A stretch of DNA of 35,566 nucleotides from Eubacteriales bacterium (GTDB taxonomy: Bacteria > Bacillota > Clostridia > Christensenellales > CALMFG01). The notes below the pieces were generated by a model. It saw only the letters and a list, made by a program, of their open reading frames with translations. It ran no database searches and was not told the DNA's origin. The stretch spans positions 1-35,566 of the forward strand of contig JBFLKV010000167.1 of NCBI GenBank assembly GCA_040883365.1, given 5' to 3'. The position numbers and the translations under genes are program-made. Below, one piece after another: positions 1 to 8,774 of this stretch (positions are counted from its first letter, which is position 1; each line of letters opens with the position of its first letter).

Positions 1-1384
1 CGTCCTCCCACATCTCCAACGTGGTGGATACCTCATATCCCCGCGCACGTTGATCGCGCACCAAACGCCGAAGCAATCTTAAATCCTCGGGGTAGACAAT
101 ATTGTGGTTATCTAGGTTCAGTGTGTTTAGCGGTGAGATGAAGATTTTAAACTTGTTCTCATGCGGAATTAAGCGGGTTAGTTCCTCGTTTAATCCGTGA
201 ATGCCCTCTACAATCAAAAGTGCATTCTTATCCAACGTCATCTTTCTGCCTTTTTTTTCACGGCTGCCCTTGCTAAAACTAAAAATCGGCAGTTTGGTCT
301 CCTTGCCGTCCAAAAGCGACACCATGTTTTGGTTAAAAAGATGTGTGTCCAGCGCGTCTATGGTTTCAAAGTCCTGCTTGCCGTTTTCATCATACGGCAA
401 TTTATCTCGGTCGATATAATAATCATCTAAAGATACGGAATAGCTGGTTTTTCCCAACACCTTTAAGTGCGTGCGTAACCGTCCGGCAAACGTGGTTTTA
501 CCCGAAGACGACGGACCTGCGATCAGAATCAAACGCGCCTGGGGGCGAGAGACAATCTGTTTGACGATCTCCACCAACTGGGATTCGTGCAACGTCTCGT
601 TGACTTTGATAAAATCGGCAAGCTCGCCGTTTTGTTCAAGCATATTGATATCCGCCACATTGGCCACATGCAAAAGCCTTGCCCAGCGCTCTGAGCGATT
701 AAAGGTGGCTGCAAGCTTTGGCTCTTCTTCCAACACATGCGTTTCTGTCTGGTAAGGCGAAGGATATTTTACGATAAACCCCGGCGCATATGTGAATAGC
801 TTAAAGTCTTTAAGATAGCCAGTGGAAGGCACCATCTTGCCAAAAAAGTAATTAATATCACCGTCGTTTTCATAATATCGAAAATAGCTCAAAGGGCGAT
901 ACTTCAAAAGCTCAACCTTGTCCATCTGTCCATCATTTTCAAACAGCTTAATCGCCGCTTCTTTCGGCACTTTGTTATAGATAAAGTTGGTATCCGCTTC
1001 GACCATTTCCCCCATAATCCGCTCAATCTCCACCACATCATGTGGCACAATCGGTTCTCCGTCGGCCATCTCACAATAGAGCCCCCCGCTGAGCGCATGG
1101 TCAATTATCACTTTTCTTTTTCCGTGATAATATTTTTTTACTGCACGGTACAGCAAAAAGCTAACGCCTCTGGCGTAGGTTCTGGCCGCTTCCTCGTTGG
1201 TTTTGGCCGAAATAAACTCAAGCTCATTTTCATCTTTGTAATGCTCAAAGAGCTCCCGCAAAACCCCGTCCGCCACGACATTGGTTACGTATTTAAGGTC
1301 TGGAAAATGCTCGTCTAAAATATCCTCAAAATTCTGTCCAGCTTTAATCTTAATCGCTTTTTCGTTCGCAATGATTGTAATCAT
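1..1384 (-). CDS. Uridine-kinase-family P-loop nucleoside kinase (N-terminal TGS-like region + Udk-like ATPase); 3' end runs off the left edge
   Basis: This ORF is absent from the supplied track because it has no stop inside the window. My reverse-strand translation from ATG 1384..1382 stays open to base 1 (MITIIANEKAIKIKAGQNFEDILDEHFPDLKYV...). Walker A GPSSSGKTTF is encoded at about 488-517. The translation ends ...RRLVRDQRARGYEVSTTLEMWED at the window edge. A GGGGA Shine-Dalgarno lies 7 nt upstream and overlaps the purD stop. Confidence 0.85.
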   Translation of the reverse strand, partial: MITIIANEKAIKIKAGQNFEDILDEHFPDLKYVTNVVADGVLRELFEHYKDENELEFISAKTNEEAARTYARGVSFLLYRAVKKYYHGKRKVIIDHALSGGLYCEMADGEPIVPHDVVEIERIMGEMVEADTNFIYNKVPKEAAIKLFENDGQMDKVELLKYRPLSYFRYYENDGDINYFFGKMVPSTGYLKDFKLFTYAPGFIVKYPSPYQTETHVLEEEPKLAATFNRSERWARLLHVANVADINMLEQNGELADFIKVNETLHESQLVEIVKQIVSRPQARLILIAGPSSSGKTTFAGRLRTHLKVLGKTSYSVSLDDYYIDRDKLPYDENGKQDFETIDALDTHLFNQNMVSLLDGKETKLPIFSFSKGSREKKGRKMTLDKNALLIVEGIHGLNEELTRLIPHENKFKIFISPLNTLNLDNHNIVYPEDLRLLRRLVRDQRARGYEVSTTLEMWED

Positions 1385-1395
1385 CTTTATGTCCC

Positions 1396-2649
1396 CTATT
1401 TTATGCCGATATCCGTCCGATACTGCATATGCTCAAACTTGATTTTTTTAACATTCTTATAGGCTTTTTTTCTGGCCTCTTCGATATTGCGCCCAAAGCC
1501 TGTGACGCCCAGCACGCGCCCGCCATAAGTGTACATACGCCCATTGGCCGCCTTGGTGCCCGCGTGGTAGACCACCACGTCCTCGTCCACATCCTTAAGC
1601 CCCTCAATCGGATACCCTTTATCGTATTTATCCGGATAACCGCCCGAGGCGATAATCACGCAGACGCCATAGTTGATATTAAATCGAAAATCGATATCCT
1701 TTAAATGCCCATCAATCACCGCATCGATAATATCCATCAACCCGGTTTCCAGTTTTGGCAACACCACCTGTGCTTCCGGATCGCCAAAACGTGCGTTGTA
1801 TTCCAAAAGTTTAGGCCCGTCTTCCGTCAGCATCAGACCAAAGAAAATAACGCCCTTAAACTCAATACCTTCGCTTTTAAGTGCACTCAGCGTCCGTAGA
1901 ATAATCTTTTCTTCCACTTCTTTTTGAATCTCGGGGGTATATTTGTCGGACGGTGAAAACGTCCCCATACCGCCGGTGTTCTTTCCCTCGTCATGATCAA
2001 ACGCTTTTTTATGGTCCTGCGCCGAGGGTAGCGGAACAATGGTCTCTCCATCACAAAAGCTTAAGATCGAGACCTCCGGCCCTTCGATATATTCTTCCAT
2101 CACCACGCGGTTACCGGCATCGCCAAACTTTTTGTCATTCATAATCAGCTCCAGCGCCTCAAATGCCTGATCTCGCGTCTTGCAGATGAGCACACCTTTG
2201 CCCAGCGCCAATCCATCTGCTTTGATGACGATGGGGATTTTGGCGGTTTCTAAATACGAATTGGCTTTGTCAAAATCCTCAAACACCGCGTAATCGGCCG
2301 TGGGGATATCGTATTTTTTCATCAGATCTTTGGCAAACACCTTGGAGCCTTCAATCTGAGCCGCTTCCTTATTTGGGCCAAATACGCGTAGTCCCAGCGC
2401 TTCCAGCCGGTCAACCAGCCCTGCCACCAGCGGATCATCCGGCGCCACGATAATCAGATCAAACTTTTGAATCTGTGCATATTCACAGATGCGGTCAAGA
2501 TCGGTCGCCGCAATGGGTACGCAAAGTGCTTCTTCGCCAATGCCGCCGTTTCCGGGTGCACAAAATATCTGCAAATCGTCTTTTTCTTTTTTGAGTTTTT
2601 TAATGATGGCATGCTCGCGTCCGCCGCCACCGACAACCAATACTTTCAT
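1396..2649 (-). CDS. purD: Phosphoribosylamine-glycine ligase
   Basis: 417 aa. It has the N-terminal MKVLVVGGGGREHAI signature and an ATP-grasp body. It lies in a pur operon context. Confidence 0.95.
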   Translation of the reverse strand: MKVLVVGGGGREHAIIKKLKKEKDDLQIFCAPGNGGIGEEALCVPIAATDLDRICEYAQIQKFDLIIVAPDDPLVAGLVDRLEALGLRVFGPNKEAAQIEGSKVFAKDLMKKYDIPTADYAVFEDFDKANSYLETAKIPIVIKADGLALGKGVLICKTRDQAFEALELIMNDKKFGDAGNRVVMEEYIEGPEVSILSFCDGETIVPLPSAQDHKKAFDHDEGKNTGGMGTFSPSDKYTPEIQKEVEEKIILRTLSALKSEGIEFKGVIFFGLMLTEDGPKLLEYNARFGDPEAQVVLPKLETGLMDIIDAVIDGHLKDIDFRFNINYGVCVIIASGGYPDKYDKGYPIEGLKDVDEDVVVYHAGTKAANGRMYTYGGRVLGVTGFGRNIEEARKKAYKNVKKIKFEHMQYRTDIGIK

Positions 2650-2667
2650 CTATTTTTGTCCTTTGCT

Positions 2668-4203
2668 TTAGTGTTTAAAATGTCTTAGTCCAGTAAAGAC
2701 CATCGCGATCCCTGCCGCATCGCAAGCCTTGATCGAATCTTCATCCCGTATCGATCCGCCCGGCTGAATAATAGCGGCGATGCCCGCCTTGGCCATCAAT
2801 TCCACAGAATCAGCAAACGGGAAGTACGCATCCGACGCCACAATGGCACCTTTCACCGCTTCTCCGCTCCGCTCAAGCGCGGCTTCAACCGCCCAAACGC
2901 GGGACACTTGTCCCGGGCCGATGCCCAAGGTCATTTTATCCTTGGCCACCAAAATGCCGTTGGATTTGATGTGTTTGACCGCCTTCCAAGCAAACAAAAG
3001 GTCCTCCATCTGTGCATCGGTCGGCTTCACTTGGGTGACGCATTTAATATCACCATCCAACAAAATGTTGTTGATATCCTGCACCAAAAGGCCGCCCGCG
3101 ACTTTTTTCATATCCATCGCTTCCGGCTTAATTTTCTGTTTAATCGATGGAAGTTTTAATACCCGTAAGTTCTTTTTCTTCTTCAAAACGTCCAGCGCAT
3201 CATCGGTATAATCGGGTGCTACGATGATTTCCAAGAAAATTTTCGCCATCTCTTCAGCGCATTTTTTATCCACTGTGGTGTTTGTCACCACAATGCCACC
3301 ATAAATCGAAACCGGATCGCATTCATATGCCTTCATATAGGCATCGTATACGTTGTCTGCGCTGCCGATACCGCAAGGGTTCGCATGCTTCGCTCCCACT
3401 ACAGTAATCTCATCATATTCGCGCAACGCATCAAGCGCACCGTTGGCGTCATTGATATTGTTAAAGGAAAGTTCTTTGCCGTTCAGCTGCTCTGCGTCCA
3501 CCAATGTGCCCTGATTAAAGAGCGGTTCACGGTAGAACATCGCCTGCTGATGCGGGTTTTCGCCATAGCGCATCACTTGTTGCTTTTCGAAGGTCAGTGT
3601 CAACTTCTCAGGGAATTTTTCTTCGGTAATGGTGCGTAAATATCCGCTGATCATCGCATCATACGCGGCTGTGTGCTCAAACACCTTGGCGCACAAAGCA
3701 AACTTGGTCTCTCGGCTGACTTCGTCGTCAGATTTTAGTTCATCCAACACCCTGCTGTAATCGGCGCTGTCAATAATCACCGCCACGTCCTGCCAGTTCT
3801 TGGCTGCCGCACGCAACATCGTAGGCCCGCCAATGTCGATGTTCTCAATCGCATCAGCCAGTACAACATCGGGGTTGGATATCGTTTCCTTAAACGGATA
3901 AAGGTTGACCACCACGATGTCGATGGGTTCAATCTCAAGGTCTTTTAAGGTCTGCATATGCGCCGTGTTGCCGCGCATGGCCAAAATTCCGGCGTGAATC
4001 TTGGGGTGCAACGTTTTCACTCTGCCGTCCAAACACTCCGGAAAACCTGTGATATCACTCACCGAAGTCACGGCTAAGCCTGCTTCTTCCAATACCTTTT
4101 TGGTGCCGCCGGTGGACAGCAGTTCATACCCTGCCGCCGTCAACCCTTTGGCAAATTCCACAATACCTGTCTTGTCGGATACGCTTAAAAAAGCTCTGCT
4201 CAT
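2668..4203 (-). CDS. purH: Bifunctional AICAR formyltransferase / IMP cyclohydrolase
   Basis: 511 aa. An MGS-like N-terminus (RAFLSVSDKTG...) is followed by an AICARFT domain, and the protein ends ...FTGLRHFKH. Confidence 0.95.
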   Translation of the reverse strand: MSRAFLSVSDKTGIVEFAKGLTAAGYELLSTGGTKKVLEEAGLAVTSVSDITGFPECLDGRVKTLHPKIHAGILAMRGNTAHMQTLKDLEIEPIDIVVVNLYPFKETISNPDVVLADAIENIDIGGPTMLRAAAKNWQDVAVIIDSADYSRVLDELKSDDEVSRETKFALCAKVFEHTAAYDAMISGYLRTITEEKFPEKLTLTFEKQQVMRYGENPHQQAMFYREPLFNQGTLVDAEQLNGKELSFNNINDANGALDALREYDEITVVGAKHANPCGIGSADNVYDAYMKAYECDPVSIYGGIVVTNTTVDKKCAEEMAKIFLEIIVAPDYTDDALDVLKKKKNLRVLKLPSIKQKIKPEAMDMKKVAGGLLVQDINNILLDGDIKCVTQVKPTDAQMEDLLFAWKAVKHIKSNGILVAKDKMTLGIGPGQVSRVWAVEAALERSGEAVKGAIVASDAYFPFADSVELMAKAGIAAIIQPGGSIRDEDSIKACDAAGIAMVFTGLRHFKH

Positions 4204-4234
4204 TTTAAGTTCTTCCCTCCATCTATAAAATATT

Positions 4235-4861
4235 TTAAACCGTTAGGCTTACTTTTCTTCCATTAACCGCTATTTTGTCCGCGCAAAATGCGCGAACCGT
4301 TTGCACCAAAATCTCATGCTCGACGCTCAAAACCCGAGAAGCCAGGCTTTCCGCTGTATCATCGTCCATCACGGGTACGCTTTTTTGCATAATCACCGGG
4401 CCGGTATCGGCTCCTTCGTCCACAAAATGGGTCGTCGCCCCCGACAGCTTGGCACCGTAATCCAAAACGCCCTGATGCACTTTTTTGCCGTAAAACCCTT
4501 TTCCGCAAAAGGAAGGGATTAATGACGGATGAATATTGATAATTCGATTTCGGTATGTGTTGATAATTTCTGGGCAGATCATAGCAAGATACCCCGCCAA
4601 AACAATACCATCCGGCTTGAATGCTTCGATGGCGGCCAAATTGGTCACATTAAACGCCTCGAATGAGGAGAATGCTTTTCGTGCCACAACCTGTGTGGGT
4701 ATTCCCGCTTGCTCGGCGCGCGTGATGCCATATGCTTTTTCGTTGCTGGCAATAACGCCTACAATCTCGGCAGCAATTTCGCCTTTTCCTATTGCATCCA
4801 TCAACGCCTGCATGTTGGTGCCGCCGCCGGATATCATAATCACCAATCTTTTTAGTCGCAA
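4235..4861 (-). CDS. purN: Phosphoribosylglycinamide formyltransferase
   Basis: 208 aa with the VIMISGGGTNMQAL motif. It uses a TTG start at 4861 with a GGGAG Shine-Dalgarno 7 nt upstream. It overlaps the purM 3' end by 10 nt. Confidence 0.9.
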   Translation of the reverse strand: MRLKRLVIMISGGGTNMQALMDAIGKGEIAAEIVGVIASNEKAYGITRAEQAGIPTQVVARKAFSSFEAFNVTNLAAIEAFKPDGIVLAGYLAMICPEIINTYRNRIINIHPSLIPSFCGKGFYGKKVHQGVLDYGAKLSGATTHFVDEGADTGPVIMQKSVPVMDDDTAESLASRVLSVEHEILVQTVRAFCADKIAVNGRKVSLTV

Positions 4862-5868
4862 AGTATTACTCCCGCGTTATCCCGCACCACTTCACCCATA
4901 ATATAGGCCGTCTCGCCCAGTTCAATCAGTTTAGTCAAAACACTGTCAGCGATGCGCTTATCCACGGCTACAACCATACCAATACCCATATTAAACGTGC
5001 TGTAGGCTTCTTGCTGCGTCAATTTGGCTTCCGCAACCAGCATATCAAAAACGGGTAAAGTGTCAAAAGCGGACAGATATATTTTTGCTGATAATCCTTC
5101 AGGTAAAATACGCGGTATATTCTCATAAAAGCCACCGCCCGTGATGTGGGCAATGCCCTTGATATTGAATTTCTTAATGAGTTCAAGAATTGATTTTACA
5201 TAGATTCTTGTCGGGGTCAAAAGCTCCTCGCCCAACGTTTTATTAAACGCATGGATGGGGCTGTTTAGCACCTCCACCTGCATTTTGACCAACGAGCGTA
5301 CCAAAGAAAACCCGTTGGAATGGATGCCCGAAGACGCAAGGCCAATCAGGACATCGCCAGCTTTGATGTTTTTGCCATTGATGATTTTTTCTTTCTTCAC
5401 CATGCCCACCGAAAAACCGGCCAGATCATACTCGCCCTGCTGATAGAAACCCGGCATCTCTGCCGTTTCTCCACCAATCAGCGCACAACCCGCTTGTTTA
5501 CAGCCTTCCGCCACCCCTTTAATCACCAGCGATGCGGTTTTGGGTTCCAGTTTCCCACAAGCAAAATAGTCCAAGAAAAACATCGGTCTGGCACCATGGC
5601 AGACAATATCATTCACGCACATGGCCACACAGTCAATACCGATGGTTTCATGCTGGTTCAGCGTAAACGCCGCCATCACTTTGGTTCCAACACCATCGGT
5701 GCCCGAAACCAATACGTCTCCGTTCCCTATGTCATACATGGCCCCAAAGTCGCCAAGGTCTGCCATCACGCTGTCGTTATATGTTTGTTTCACATGTTCT
5801 TTCATGAGCTCTACGGCTTTTTGTCCTGCCGCAGTATCCACTCCTGAATCCTTATAATTTATTCCCAT
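4852..5868 (-). CDS. purM: Phosphoribosylformylglycinamidine cyclo-ligase (AIR synthetase)
   Basis: 338 aa with the typical PurM N-terminus (YKDSGVDTAAG...) and AIRS/AIRS_C layout. Confidence 0.95.
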   Translation of the reverse strand: MGINYKDSGVDTAAGQKAVELMKEHVKQTYNDSVMADLGDFGAMYDIGNGDVLVSGTDGVGTKVMAAFTLNQHETIGIDCVAMCVNDIVCHGARPMFFLDYFACGKLEPKTASLVIKGVAEGCKQAGCALIGGETAEMPGFYQQGEYDLAGFSVGMVKKEKIINGKNIKAGDVLIGLASSGIHSNGFSLVRSLVKMQVEVLNSPIHAFNKTLGEELLTPTRIYVKSILELIKKFNIKGIAHITGGGFYENIPRILPEGLSAKIYLSAFDTLPVFDMLVAEAKLTQQEAYSTFNMGIGMVVAVDKRIADSVLTKLIELGETAYIMGEVVRDNAGVILCD

Positions 5869-5890
5869 TAATCTAAATATACCCTTTCAC

Positions 5891-7354
5891 TTACTCTTCG
5901 TTTTGTTCCAAAATCAGTTTGTTCCCTTTGCCTCTTTCCTTCTCCACATCGATTGGATAGTTTTTGGTAAAGCAACCGCTACAAAAATCCAGACCCGCTT
6001 CTTTAGCTGTTTCCAACAGATCCTCAGACGAAAGATAGGCTAACGAATCTGCGCCAATCAGTTTTCGTATTTCTTCTATCGAGTTTTTTGCGCCAATCAG
6101 CTGTTCATGCGATGCAGTATCAATACCAAAATAGCAAGGCGCAATAACCGGCGGTGAAGAGATGCGCATATGCACTTCTTTTGCGCCAGCACTTCTTAAC
6201 ATTTCAACGATTTTCTTGGATGTCGTGCCCCGCACGATGCTATCATCCACCAAAACCACCCGTTTGCCTTCCACATTTCGGCGCAAGGCATTGAGCTTAA
6301 TCTTAACGCCCCTCTCTCGCATATACTGCTGGGGCTGGATGAATGTCCGCCCGATATATCGGTTTTTCGCTAATGCTTTTTTGTAGGTAATGCCGCTCTC
6401 CTCGGCGTAGCCCAAAGCCGCAGGCCGCGCACTGTCCGGCACACCCGAAACAATATCCGCATCCACCGGGAAACGCTTGGCTAACAAAGCCCCTGCTTTT
6501 TCTCTGGCCTCATAAACCGAAACGCCTTCGATGTATGAGTCCGGGCGTGCAAAGTATACATACTCAAAAATACACAGCGCCGTTTTTTCGGCCGCTGGTG
6601 TCATGTGCGACACGATACCCTCTTTTGAAATCTCCACGACTTCACCGGGCTTGATATCCCGAACATATTCAGCGTCAATTGCGTCAAAAGCCGCGGTTTC
6701 GCTGGCCAAAACGTATGAATCATTAATGCGCCCCAATGCAAGCGGACGGATGCCCTGCGGGTCACGCACACCGATGAGTCTGTCTTTGGTCATCACGGTC
6801 ATGGCATAACTGCCTTTGAGGCGCGCCATGGTCTTTTTGATGCTTTCAACAATCCCATCTGACGCCTGACGAGCAATCAAGTTGGCGATCACTTCGGTGT
6901 CTATCGTCGTTTGAAAAATCGCGCCTTGTTCTTCCAGCTCCTCGCGCAATCCCGACGCATTAATCAGATTACCATTATGCGTCAGCGCCAGAGTTCCGCT
7001 TTTATACGACACCACCAGCGGCTGTGCATTTGTCACCGACGAGCGGCCTGTGGTGGAATATCTCACATGCCCCACCGCAATATCCGCGCCGTAAAATTCG
7101 CTCACCCGTTCGCCTCTGAACACTTCGGCGACCAGACCCATATCCTTGTAATAATCGATGCGCCCCTTTCGGGAAATGGCAATGCCTGCGCTCTCCTGTC
7201 CACGATGCTGGAGGGCATACAGTCCATAGAACACCGCATCTGCCGCTTCGATAAAATCGTCTTTTCTGAATATGCCAAACACACCACACTCTTCATTCAT
7301 GCTGTCAAAGCGTGGTTTGATTCGACTATAGTATTTTAGTTTTCTAAACGCCAT
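5891..7354 (-). CDS. purF: Amidophosphoribosyltransferase
   Basis: 487 aa. The Ntn nucleophile context is NEEC-GVFGIF, and a PRTase motif VVLVDDSIVRGTT is present. The ATG at 7354 directly abuts the purC stop, which implies a 22-aa propeptide. An internal Met (MNEEC) is an alternative start. Confidence 0.92.
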   Translation of the reverse strand: MAFRKLKYYSRIKPRFDSMNEECGVFGIFRKDDFIEAADAVFYGLYALQHRGQESAGIAISRKGRIDYYKDMGLVAEVFRGERVSEFYGADIAVGHVRYSTTGRSSVTNAQPLVVSYKSGTLALTHNGNLINASGLREELEEQGAIFQTTIDTEVIANLIARQASDGIVESIKKTMARLKGSYAMTVMTKDRLIGVRDPQGIRPLALGRINDSYVLASETAAFDAIDAEYVRDIKPGEVVEISKEGIVSHMTPAAEKTALCIFEYVYFARPDSYIEGVSVYEAREKAGALLAKRFPVDADIVSGVPDSARPAALGYAEESGITYKKALAKNRYIGRTFIQPQQYMRERGVKIKLNALRRNVEGKRVVLVDDSIVRGTTSKKIVEMLRSAGAKEVHMRISSPPVIAPCYFGIDTASHEQLIGAKNSIEEIRKLIGADSLAYLSSEDLLETAKEAGLDFCSGCFTKNYPIDVEKERGKGNKLILEQNEE

Positions 7355-8062
7355 TTATTCACCCATCAGCCTTTTAAGCACTTCTTCATAGGCTTCTTCC
7401 ACGCCGCCAAGATCGCGCCGGAAACGGTCTTTGTCCAGTTTTTCACCCGTATTGATGTCCCAAAAACGGCAAGTATCCGGCGAAATTTCATCCGCCAAAA
7501 CAATCTCGCCTTTGAATCGACCAAACTCCAATTTGAAATCCACCAGTTGAATATCCATCTTTTTCAGTCGTTCGATTAAAACCTCGTTGACTTTAAAAGA
7601 GTATTCGGCGATTTTATCCATCTCTTCGCGCGTGGCCAGCCCAAGTGCATCAATATGATAGATGTTAATCATCGGGTCGCCCAGATCATCGTCCTTGTAG
7701 CAATATTCCAAAACGGTTTTAGCCATTTTGGTCCCTTCGGGCAACCCCAGACGCTTGGAAAGTGAGCCCGCCGCAATATTGCGAACAATCACTTCAACCG
7801 GCACAATTTCCACCTTCTTGACAATGGTCTCACGTGCGGATATTTCCTCTACCAAATGCGTCGGAATGCCTTCGGCTTCTAATAATTTAAACATATAATT
7901 GCTCATCTGGTTGTTGACCACGCCTTTGCCCACGATGGTGCCCTTCTTTTCGCCATTAAAAGCGGTGGCATCGTCTTTATAATCCACAATCACATAATCA
8001 GGGTTTTCGGTGGCATACACCTTTTTTGCTTTGCCTTCGTATAATTGCTCACGCTTTTCCAT
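7355..8062 (-). CDS. purC: SAICAR synthetase
   Basis: 235 aa with the [10 protein letters not shown] signature. Its start overlaps the purE stop (ATGA). Confidence 0.95.
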   Translation of the reverse strand: MEKREQLYEGKAKKVYATENPDYVIVDYKDDATAFNGEKKGTIVGKGVVNNQMSNYMFKLLEAEGIPTHLVEEISARETIVKKVEIVPVEVIVRNIAAGSLSKRLGLPEGTKMAKTVLEYCYKDDDLGDPMINIYHIDALGLATREEMDKIAEYSFKVNEVLIERLKKMDIQLVDFKLEFGRFKGEIVLADEISPDTCRFWDINTGEKLDKDRFRRDLGGVEEAYEEVLKRLMGE

Positions 8063-8550
8063 CAGTTCAACTCCTCCATCAGTTCACTGTTTGCCTGCAT
8101 CACCTTTTCTTCCATTTGCTTTTTGTAGGTCTTTAGCTTTTGGTTAAGCTCGGGGTACTTCACCGCCAAAATCTGCACCGCCAACAATGCGGCATTTTCG
8201 CCGCTGTTGATCGCCACCGTGGCCACTGGGATACCTGCCGGCATCTGCACCGTGGACAATAGCGAGTCCAGCCCGTCCATGGTAGACGACTTAATCGGCA
8301 GACCAATGACCGGCAACACAGTATACGCCGCCAAAACACCGGCCAGATGCGCCGCTTTGCCTGCCGCCGCAATAATCACCTCAATGCCGTCTTTTTCGGC
8401 ACCTGCGGCAAACTCATGCGCCTGATTGGGTGTTCGGTGTGCGCTCATGATTCTTGGCACAGCCGTCACGCCAAAGTTTTCAAGCGTTTGGAGGGTTTTT
8501 TCCAAAACCGGAAGATCGGATTTGGAGCCCATAATCACTGCTACTTTCAT
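8062..8550 (-). CDS. purE: N5-CAIR mutase (class I PurE-like)
   Basis: 162 aa with SAHRTP and AAHLAG motifs, which are typical of class I PurE. An AAGGAG Shine-Dalgarno precedes the ATG. No purK is present in the window. Confidence 0.9.
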   Translation of the reverse strand: MKVAVIMGSKSDLPVLEKTLQTLENFGVTAVPRIMSAHRTPNQAHEFAAGAEKDGIEVIIAAAGKAAHLAGVLAAYTVLPVIGLPIKSSTMDGLDSLLSTVQMPAGIPVATVAINSGENAALLAVQILAVKYPELNQKLKTYKKQMEEKVMQANSELMEELN

Positions 8551-8650
8551 TTTATATAAATCTCCTTAAAAAAAGTTCAAATTATATCAATATCACGGGT
8601 CAACTCGTGCTGAATTCATAACGCCCACTTATACAAAGTACCAAAACAGT

Positions 8651-8679
8651 ATCATAGCACAATTTGCTGTTTTTTTAAA
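8651..8679 (-). promoter_or_regulatory. Candidate sigma-A promoter of the pur operon (TTTAAA - 17 nt - TGcTATGAT, extended -10)
   Basis: Read on the minus strand: -35 at 8679..8674, -10 at 8656..8651, with a TG at the extended -10 position. An alternative TTGCAC/TATGAA pair lies about 50 nt further upstream. Confidence 0.35.
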
Positions 8680-8739
8680 TCGTCTGCTTGCATTCATACA
8701 AAAAAATATAGGCTTTTGTGCAAAATAATACCTATCCGG

Positions 8740-8774
8740 CAAAAAATAAGCGGGGCATCGGTAAATGCTCCGCT
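8740..8774 (-). terminator. Rho-independent terminator after the diguanylate cyclase gene
   Basis: The minus-strand RNA reads AGCGGAGCAU-UUACCG-AUGCCCCGCU, a 10-bp stem with one A.C mismatch, followed by UAUUUUUUG. The stem overlaps the stop codon. Confidence 0.75.

Noticed and set aside
5320-5847. 175-aa and neighbouring plus-strand ORFs inside purM. Similar cases include 2780..3211 in purH, 6911..7339 in purF, 28578..29192 in the ABC genes, and 22384..22920 in an alternative frame of the AroE-like gene.
   Set aside because: They are shadow or alternative-frame ORFs within genes whose annotated frames carry unambiguous family signatures. Their composition is atypical (His/Arg/Cys-rich), and no ribosome-binding sites are present.
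8551-8650. A TATAAG...TTATGAA...GTTGACCC stretch that superficially recalls a purine riboswitch.
   Set aside because: The conserved junction sequences and the P2/P3 pairings are not present. I could not fold it into the three-way junction.
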